Shown here one piece after another: positions 57,529 through 64,000 of a stretch of 64,000 nt of DNA. Position numbers and translations under genes: made by a program. A model generated the notes under the pieces. It was not told the DNA's origin. It did not search any database and was given only the letters and a program-made list of their open reading frames with translations. Each line of letters starts with the position of its first letter. The first letter of the stretch is position 1. Location of the stretch: positions 1 to 64,000 of the forward strand of contig CAXXJS010000011.1 of the NCBI GenBank assembly GCA_963662665.2. Reading direction: 5' to 3'. This stretch comes from Candidatus Latescibacterota bacterium (lineage in GTDB: Bacteria > Latescibacterota > UBA2968 > GCA-2709665).

Positions 57529-59814
57529 TCAGCTCATCAATCGCCGCAGCCACGCCTTACCGCGTCCTTCGCGTTTTCTAACCAGCATCACCGAAGTCTT
57601 GGCGAAGCGACCCACCCGGTCCGGCACCTCGCCGAACAGTAGTTGCTGGAACAGGCCCGTATTGGCCGAGCCCATTACAACCAGATCGAAATCCGCTCCC
57701 GCCCTGACAATGCCCGCCGGAACGGAACGGGAACGGATCGCGCGGCACGCCACCTCGCCCAGATTCGCGTTGCGCAACGTGTGCTGCATCCACCCCATGG
57801 CCTCCTGTTCCCGCTCCGCGTCCGCATCCTCGGGTATTACGTAACATGCCGTTACACGTGAGCCGTATGCCGCAACAATAGGCTCCAGCAATTCAACGGC
57901 GAACCGCGTATGGGGTCCGCCGGCCGTGGGCAGCAGTATTCGATCGAACCTGGCCTGTTCCTGTAACTTCACAACCGCCACGTCTGCGGTGGCGCGGTTC
58001 ACTACCCTGTCGAGGACCTCGCCGAAAATCCGTTCCCGGGTGGTGGTAAAACCCTTCCATCCGATCACCATCAGGTCCGCGTGCTCGTCCGACACCGCCG
58101 ATAGAATGCCCTCGTCCACGCGGTGCGCCACCCGGACGTCCGACACCACGCGCAGGTCCTGCTTCTGTGCGTGGGTCTGCGCGGTTCGCAACAACGGCAT
58201 CCGGTGGTGGATGTATTTCATTCCTTCCTGGATGGGCAACTGAATCGGCACCTCCACCGTGGTACTCACGATCAGGTCGCCATCCTTCGCCTTCACGATA
58301 GGCATGGAAATATCCAGCAGCGACGAAATGGTATCCGGATTGGCCACGGGCACCAGAACCCGGTAAGGCCCACGGGCGGTCTCCAGAGGCAGCGCATCCA
58401 GAACGTGTGGCTCGGCCTCTCCCGACTCCTTTTGGAAATAGACGGTGTACGCGAAAAACCCCAACGCGATCCATCCCAGCGCGACGTACCACGCCATCGG
58501 ATCGAACCGGAACTGATAAACCGCGAGGAGCATATTCGAACACGCGCCAAGCAGAGGCAGCCACGGAAACAGGGGTATTCTGTACCTGCGTTGCAGTTCC
58601 GGCGCCCGCCGTCGAAGGACAAGCAGCGACAGGTTCACCAGCGTGAACGTAAGCAGAAACATCAGGCTCGCCGCGGATCCGACAACGTGAATGGGTAGAA
58701 GCAGCGCGATGCACGTCAGAATCGCACCCGTGACCATAATCGCGATATGCGGGGTCCTCCGTTGGGCATGTATCCGTGCCATGCCCAACGGAAGCCACCG
58801 GTCCCTGCCCATGGAGAATGCCACGCGGCTGGAAGCCAGCACGGTCGCGTTCAATGCGGACATGGTGGAAAGCAACCCGCCGACGACGATGGTGGCCACG
58901 CCAAACGCAGGCATGAAACTGTCTGCCGCCTTCACGATCGCCGTTTCCTGGTACCTGCCCAGAAACTCCCACGACGTGGTGGATTCCGGCTGAACCGCGC
59001 CCAGAGAGACGAAGACGATCAGCAGATAGACAACCACGGTCACGCCCAGGGAAATGAACGTGGCTTTCGGAATATTCGTCTCGGGCTGTTTGATTTCTTC
59101 GGCAACGGTCGCGATAAGATCGTACCCTTCAAACGCGATGAACGTCAGCCCCATGGCCACCAGCACTCCGCCCAACCCCTTCGGGAAAAAGGGCGAGAAA
59201 CTCTTCGCCGCCTCGTGGGGGGCCGCGTAGATGTGCACGAGCCCGTACCAGACGAAAACGAGAAGCACCAGAATCTTGGAGATGGTGATCACGTTCTCCG
59301 CCTTGCCCGTCACCTCCGTGCCACGTACGTTCAACCAGACAAAGACGCCGCTAACGATCACCGTTATCAGCGCAACCGACGGCTGGACCCCTGCCGTTGC
59401 CTGAATCGTATGGCTGACTTCCGGCAGGTACTTGTGGAAAAACTCCCAGAAGTACCCCGCGAACCCCAATGCATAGAGACTGCACGCCACCGTGTACGCG
59501 AACCAGAGCATCCACCCGGACAGAAACCCCACGGGGCCGGGAAACGCCTTTTTGACGAACGAATAGCCCCCGCCGGCCTCAGGAATTGCCGATGCGAGTT
59601 CGGCGTAGCAGAACGCCGTCATCAAGGTCACCAGGCCGTTGAGCGCGAACGCGAGAATCGACGCCGGGCCCGCCTCCCCCGCCGCGATGCCCGTCAGCAC
59701 GAAGATCCCCGCGCCGATCATCGCTCCGATGCCGATCATCGATGCGTCGAAACAGCCCAGGCTCCGGGCGAAGGTAACCCTGTTGGACTCCGACGGGTGG
59801 GGAGAAGCAACCAC
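57529..59814 (-). CDS. APC superfamily amino acid permease fused to two universal stress protein domains
   Basis: GAMIGAGIF, YAELASAIPEAGGGY, FEGYD...EE, about 12 TM segments; USP motifs RVLVPVANP, DLMVIGW, RILLPTAGGPH, DLVVMG. Confidence 0.9.
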   Translation of the reverse strand: MVASPHPSESNRVTFARSLGCFDASMIGIGAMIGAGIFVLTGIAAGEAGPASILAFALNGLVTLMTAFCYAELASAIPEAGGGYSFVKKAFPGPVGFLSGWMLWFAYTVACSLYALGFAGYFWEFFHKYLPEVSHTIQATAGVQPSVALITVIVSGVFVWLNVRGTEVTGKAENVITISKILVLLVFVWYGLVHIYAAPHEAAKSFSPFFPKGLGGVLVAMGLTFIAFEGYDLIATVAEEIKQPETNIPKATFISLGVTVVVYLLIVFVSLGAVQPESTTSWEFLGRYQETAIVKAADSFMPAFGVATIVVGGLLSTMSALNATVLASSRVAFSMGRDRWLPLGMARIHAQRRTPHIAIMVTGAILTCIALLLPIHVVGSAASLMFLLTFTLVNLSLLVLRRRAPELQRRYRIPLFPWLPLLGACSNMLLAVYQFRFDPMAWYVALGWIALGFFAYTVYFQKESGEAEPHVLDALPLETARGPYRVLVPVANPDTISSLLDISMPIVKAKDGDLIVSTTVEVPIQLPIQEGMKYIHHRMPLLRTAQTHAQKQDLRVVSDVRVAHRVDEGILSAVSDEHADLMVIGWKGFTTTRERIFGEVLDRVVNRATADVAVVKLQEQARFDRILLPTAGGPHTRFAVELLEPIVAAYGSRVTACYVIPEDADAEREQEAMGWMQHTLRNANLGEVACRAIRSRSVPAGIVRAGADFDLVVMGSANTGLFQQLLFGEVPDRVGRFAKTSVMLVRKREGRGKAWLRRLMS

Positions 59815-59835
59815 TGAGACCTCGGACAGGACAGT

Positions 59836-59870
59836 AAAAAGGCCAGGGACGCGAAAACCGCACCCCTGGC
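59836..59870 (-). terminator. Intrinsic terminator after the TIM-barrel gene
   Basis: Minus strand GCCAGGGGTGCG-GTTTT-CGCGTCCCTGGC-CTTTTT. Confidence 0.6.
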
Positions 59871-59889
59871 GTTGTAAGCCCGCGAAGGT

Positions 59890-60897
59890 TTACGACGCGG
59901 GATTGGAGATATCTTCGTACCCGGTCAGATGATAGTCATACTCCAGATAATCCAGAAGGCGGCAGAGGCTGCGAAAGGCCACGCCGAACCCGTCCACCCC
60001 GCTGGCGCCGCCGAACTGGCCGCCCCCCTTAACGTGCGGCTCCAGGTCCACGAATACGCCGGGCACACCCAGTGGAGAGAGGCGCCCCCGGACTTCCGGT
60101 ACGAGGTCCCGGAAGTCGCGCAACATCTGCTCGTGCCCCGAATCGCCCCGGTCCACGGGGATGAACCGGGTCAGCCCCCGCTCCTCCGCGGCAGTCAGCA
60201 TGGCCTGGTTCGACGGGTTGTTGAACCCCTTGATATGTATCCAGCCCACGCCGGGCTTCATTTTGACATAGTGCTTGTATGCGCTGTCCGGGCTGTGACC
60301 CTTTGACTCCATGTTCCCCACGTCGGGAATAATGCAGACGTATGGACTATTGACTTTCTCGAAAAGTGCGATCAGCGTGTCCCCGTCACCGCCAATCAGA
60401 TCCGCCTCCACCTCCATACCGTAGACCACGCCCGCCGACGCACATCTCTCAACGATCTGCCCCAGTTGGTCAGCCGCCTGATCCAGGTACGCCCACGCGT
60501 CCTCCCCGTGCGGATGGTAATAGCTGAATCCTCTGAGCAGCTTGGTGTCGAATGCGTGTGCGAGATCGATCGCCCGCTGCACGTCGTTCTTCAGATAGGA
60601 CTCAAATGGAACGTACCGGTTCTGCGTGCCGTCTTCCCCGTCTACGAGCTTGACCTTGCCCAGTGGAGAGCCTACGCTGGAGACGTTGACGTCAAACGCC
60701 TTGTGGAGATCCTGGAGCCGTTGTACTTCCTCGTCCGACAGCTCCATGACGTTTTTAACGCCATTGCCGAGATCGATAAACCGGATGGTGTAATACGACA
60801 GCCCGAGGGCCGACATCATCGTCAGCTGTTCTTCGGCCCTTTTGCTTTCCGGACCCTCATCCGCAAAACCGGATAGAATGACTTCGGATCTGGCCAT
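59890..60897 (-). CDS. Xylose-isomerase-like TIM barrel protein (sugar phosphate isomerase/epimerase)
   Basis: LSGFADE, GSPLGK, RGFSYY, MEVE, DVGN, IHIK, LEPH. Confidence 0.85.
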   Translation of the reverse strand: MARSEVILSGFADEGPESKRAEEQLTMMSALGLSYYTIRFIDLGNGVKNVMELSDEEVQRLQDLHKAFDVNVSSVGSPLGKVKLVDGEDGTQNRYVPFESYLKNDVQRAIDLAHAFDTKLLRGFSYYHPHGEDAWAYLDQAADQLGQIVERCASAGVVYGMEVEADLIGGDGDTLIALFEKVNSPYVCIIPDVGNMESKGHSPDSAYKHYVKMKPGVGWIHIKGFNNPSNQAMLTAAEERGLTRFIPVDRGDSGHEQMLRDFRDLVPEVRGRLSPLGVPGVFVDLEPHVKGGGQFGGASGVDGFGVAFRSLCRLLDYLEYDYHLTGYEDISNPAS

Positions 60898-61052
60898 AAC
60901 AGGACACCTCTAATAATGGAAATGGATCAGACGACCTCTCTCCTGGAAAACGAGCCGGTTGCCGTGCCGTCCGGTGGCTCAGCGGGCGAATCCGACGTAA
61001 GCCCTCCGAATCTCATTTTCAATTTCTACGTCTCACGTCCCTGGACGTTACG

Positions 61053-61784
61053 CTACACGGACAACTCCGGTGTGATCAGGTCCGGCGGGAGATGCGCCAC
61101 ACGACTCAGATAGCGAACCTGCACCCATCCCTTGCCATTGAAGTCCAGGCGGCTCATGGCCGTATTGGGATTCTCGAAATAAATGCTGTCCGGCATTCCG
61201 GCGAACACGGCATGGAGCAGATCGTTGGCGAATCCGCCGTGGCACACCATGCCGATCCGCTCCCCTGTGCCCGCGAATCGTTCGTGCAGTACCGATGCTA
61301 CCCTTCTCGCCCGCGCGCGCCACTCCGATTTGACTTCAGGAGGCCGGTTCCACCAGCCCGCCTCCGTGATCGTCTCGGGTATAGCAAATTCCGGGAACAG
61401 CGCCTCGATCTCGCTCCGGGTGAGCCCCGGATACACCACCTCTCCCCGATCGTCCCCTTCATCCAGCCAGATTCCGCCCTCTTCGTGAATGTCGATCCAG
61501 ATTTCGGGCCGGATCCCCAGCGCCTTTCCTACGGGCGCCGCGGTCTGGATTGCACGCAACATCGGACTGGAAAATATCCGGTCAAATTCAAACCCTGCGC
61601 AGTTCTGCTGCATTCCCGCGGGGTGGATCCCCTCTACGCCATCTCCGGCTTCGGCCAGGTAGCTGGCCAGCCGGTGGGCCTGGGCCTCGCCGATATCGGT
61701 CAGCGGTGGATCGCACACCCGCTGACCCCCTTCTTCCAGTGCGTTGTTCGCCGACTGCCCGTGCCGGATAATATAAAGTTCCAT
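61053..61784 (-). CDS. Histidine phosphatase (phosphoglycerate mutase) family protein
   Basis: LYIIRHGQS, LTDIG, SSPMLRAIQTA, VCHGG, HL. Confidence 0.9.
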   Translation of the reverse strand: MELYIIRHGQSANNALEEGGQRVCDPPLTDIGEAQAHRLASYLAEAGDGVEGIHPAGMQQNCAGFEFDRIFSSPMLRAIQTAAPVGKALGIRPEIWIDIHEEGGIWLDEGDDRGEVVYPGLTRSEIEALFPEFAIPETITEAGWWNRPPEVKSEWRARARRVASVLHERFAGTGERIGMVCHGGFANDLLHAVFAGMPDSIYFENPNTAMSRLDFNGKGWVQVRYLSRVAHLPPDLITPELSV

Positions 61785-61801
61785 CCATTCCTTTCCGGAC
61801 G

Positions 61802-61828
61802 AAAAAAAGCCCGGCAGCGATGCCGGAG
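61802..61828 (-). terminator. Intrinsic terminator after the uppP-lipoprotein pair
   Basis: Minus strand CCGGCA-TCGC-TGCCGG-GC-TTTTTTT. Confidence 0.6.
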
Positions 61829-61899
61829 TTGGCGTACATAAACAGAAGAACGGATCGGAAAATACCACATTTTCCAAACCCGATCAAGCCATTTCTCGG

Positions 61900-62295
61900 T
61901 TACGGGGAAACCGGATCGAAGGTCGCCACGTTTCGCAGACCTGCGACGCTTTCCCGTGCTTCGAATTCCACCGTCAATGTCACGCGTCTTACCGCGCCGG
62001 GATCCATATTCCCGTCCAGTTGCTTCGACGCCTGCCCTACCGTGGCATTCTGGTCGTCAACCAGCCGCCAGGTCAGAATAAAGGACACGTCGATCGGCAC
62101 TTCGCCCACGTGGACCACGTCCGCCTCAATGCGCACCCCGACAATCCGGGGCGGGTTGTCCTGATTCAGCACCGGCTGCGCCGAGAGATTCGTTATGGAC
62201 AGCATATTCGACAGGTCTTCCGCGTCGAGAACGTCCAGTTTTCCGCTGCAGCCCGACACGGCAATCAGAACAGCCCAAACCATCTTTATCCGCAT
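61900..62295 (-). CDS. Hypothetical small lipoprotein
   Basis: MRIKMVWAVLIAVSG-C lipobox; beta-rich Ig-like body; directly downstream of uppP. Confidence 0.6.
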   Translation of the reverse strand: MRIKMVWAVLIAVSGCSGKLDVLDAEDLSNMLSITNLSAQPVLNQDNPPRIVGVRIEADVVHVGEVPIDVSFILTWRLVDDQNATVGQASKQLDGNMDPGAVRRVTLTVEFEARESVAGLRNVATFDPVSP

Positions 62296-62306
62296 CACAG
62301 CCCCTT

Positions 62307-63101
62307 TCAGGTACGCAGCCAGAGCAATGTCAACGCCAACAACGCCACAGCCCAGCAGTAATAGGAAAAGCGATCCAGCCGTCCGCCCCGCAGCAGGGCG
62401 AACAACCACCGGATCGCCACAACACCGGAAACGAAAGCCGCAGACAGACCGACAACCAGGGGTCCAACCACGTCCCAGGTCGGCGGATGGGCGATCAGTG
62501 CGCCCGCCTTCAATGCGGTTGCGCCAAGGATCACGGGTATCGACAACAGAAACGAGAAAGACGCCGCCTCCCTGCCCTCAACCCCCCGCCACAGCCCCAC
62601 GCTGATGGTCAGACCGGAGCGGGATATCCCGGGCAGTATCGCCAGCGCCTGCGCCAGCCCGATCAACAAGGCATCGGCGACCCCGATTTCCTCCCGTCTG
62701 CCCGAGACAAACCGGGTGCTCCACAGCACGGTTCCCGTAGCCACGAGATAACCTGCCGCCGCAACGGGGCTGCTGAACGCCAATGTCAGAAAATCCTCGA
62801 AAAGAAGACCGACCACGCCGGCCGGTACCGTGCCGACCAGCAACAGCAGCGCCATTCTCAAGGACGCACCCTCCCGGCGGATACAGCCGGCGGCCAGTCC
62901 CCGGATCCGGCCTCCCAGCACCGTGAGCACGGCCAGCAATGTGCCGAAGTGGACGACAACCTCGAACACCAGGTCGCCCGGCGGCACGCCCAGCAACGCC
63001 TGGCCCAGTACAAGATGCCCCGAACTGCTCACCGGCAGAAACTCGGACAATCCCTGCACCAGTCCGAGAAGGACTGCCTCATGGACCGTCACTTCGATCA
63101 C
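62307..63101 (-). CDS. uppP: Undecaprenyl-diphosphate phosphatase
   Basis: GLVQGLSEFLPVSSSGHL, HFGT, PGISRSG, FSFLLSIP. Confidence 0.95.
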   Translation of the reverse strand: MIEVTVHEAVLLGLVQGLSEFLPVSSSGHLVLGQALLGVPPGDLVFEVVVHFGTLLAVLTVLGGRIRGLAAGCIRREGASLRMALLLLVGTVPAGVVGLLFEDFLTLAFSSPVAAAGYLVATGTVLWSTRFVSGRREEIGVADALLIGLAQALAILPGISRSGLTISVGLWRGVEGREAASFSFLLSIPVILGATALKAGALIAHPPTWDVVGPLVVGLSAAFVSGVVAIRWLFALLRGGRLDRFSYYCWAVALLALTLLWLRT

Positions 63102-63203
63102 TCTCCGATCACGACGATGGACGGGGATGCGCTGATTAAGTCATAATAAAATTAACACTTAATCTCTCTTCCTCCAAATGAAAACACCCCGCTTCGGGGA
63201 CGG

Positions 63204-63380
63204 GAAATCCTTTGTCAGCCCGACGGCTTCCTCAGGATGACAGTTTTCGCCAATGGTTACTATAAAGCGGGTCATTCTGAGCGGAGCGAAGAATCTCCCG
63301 TCTTCTCGGCTTGAGGAAGCCTTCACCAACCCATATGCGCGGACGCCTGGTTTCCCTGGCGGCTTCCACAGGATGACGGG
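63204..63380 (-). repeat. REP family C cluster, inverted
   Basis: GTCATTCTGAGCGGAGCGAAGAATCTCCCGTCTTC and CTCAGGATGACAG, reverse complements of motifs at 28607 and 29559. Confidence 0.75.
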
Positions 63381-63384
63381 TTTA

Positions 63385-63567
63385 TCACACGTGGGCAGGC
63401 AGGCGAACCATGGAGGCGATAATGCGTGCGCTGGCCACGGTAAAGAGCAGCCCCTGATCCAACATGGCATTGAGGGTATCCTTGCTATACTGCGACAGCG
63501 ACGTATCGTTGCCCAGCAGCGTGCCGTCCAGATCGGAGACGTAGAGGGTGGATTCGTCGGGCTTCAA
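63385..63567 (-). pseudogene. Truncated Cof-type HAD hydrolase, N-terminal remnant
   Basis: LYVSDLDGTLL...FTVASAR (motifs I and II), then a stop and REP-C sequence. Confidence 0.7.
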
Positions 63568-63635
63568 GAGTATTTCCGAAACAAAGAAGCCGAGGCTGTT
63601 TCTGCCCCGGCCGACAAGTTCTGCATAGGGTTTAA

Positions 63636-63813
63636 CCCCAATACGAAGAAAACAGCAACTCGGCGACGCGACGAAAACCCCTGAAACGGGGCGTAACGGT
63701 CGTCAAAAAGGACGTTTTTTCAGTTCACGTCCAGTGACCTGGTGTATCCTGGTAATCCGAAGTCAAATCGCCTTTATCTAATTGCACATATTCGGTTTTA
63801 CTTCCCCGAAGAA
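63636..63813 (-). mobile_element. IS1380-like MITE copy 3, interrupted by a group II intron
   Basis: Reverse complement matches copy 2 from its nt 14 to the end; outer flank TTAA at 63632-63635. Confidence 0.8.
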
Positions 63814-64000
63814 GTAGAGTCGAGATGTGGCGCGGTGGTTTAGGAGTGGCCTGTCTGTTCCCGCCCCTTTCGTCTGGCGGTGCCTCAATAGCCCCTCCCT
63901 GCTCCGTTTCCACATCCCGCTCGTCGAACCGGACGTGCGGAGTTACCGCATCCGGCTCTCCGACGGACATCGCCTTCAGGTACACACTGCCCGATCTGCC
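63814..64000 (-). mobile_element. Group II intron 3' end (domains V and VI); remainder lies outside the window
   Basis: Domain V GAGCCGGATGCG-GTAA-CTCCGCACGTCCGGTTC (63958-63926) with AGC triad; domain VI stem GGGATGTGG...CCACATCTCGACTCT ending AC at 63814. Confidence 0.92.

Noticed and set aside
63725-63985. 86-aa ORF (..GEPDAVTPHVRFDER..)
   Set aside because: Spurious translation of intron domains V-VI running into the MITE; no reverse transcriptase motifs are visible in the window.

Overview
High-GC bacterial chromosomal window. The gene content (EF-hand/dockerin-like C-terminal tags, NHL/FG-GAP/WD40/LRR repeat proteins, many Gfo/Idh/MocA and ceramidase-like paralogs, dense REP-type repeats) suggests, by inference only, an uncultured FCB-group or Latescibacterota-like, possibly sponge-associated organism. 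Housekeeping genes: lon, lepA-lepB-hemW-thrB, tsaC, recD2, nagA, uppP, and wza/wzz-like polysaccharide export genes. No rRNA, tRNA or CRISPR array was recognised. Highlights: (1) a nine-gene corrinoid methyl-transfer operon (43144-51797) with an MtaA/CmuA-type methyltransferase, corrinoid protein, RACo activator, MetF-MetV fusion, split methionine-synthase modules and two uncharacterised Cys/His proteins, preceded by a FadR-type operator and a divergent FadR regulator; (2) the 3' end of a group II intron inserted 13 nt inside one copy of a three-copy IS1380-like MITE that duplicates YTAA, often at stop codons; (3) a second MITE that has replaced the HemW C-terminus; (4) a phosphatase / stand-alone GlmU-C acetyltransferase / atypical sugar kinase operon divergent from nagA; (5) a single-polypeptide GAF-PAS-kinase-receiver-winged-helix regulator; (6) a sigma54-type promoter architecture upstream of lon. 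Three +1 homopolymer frameshifts look like sequencing errors rather than pseudogenes.
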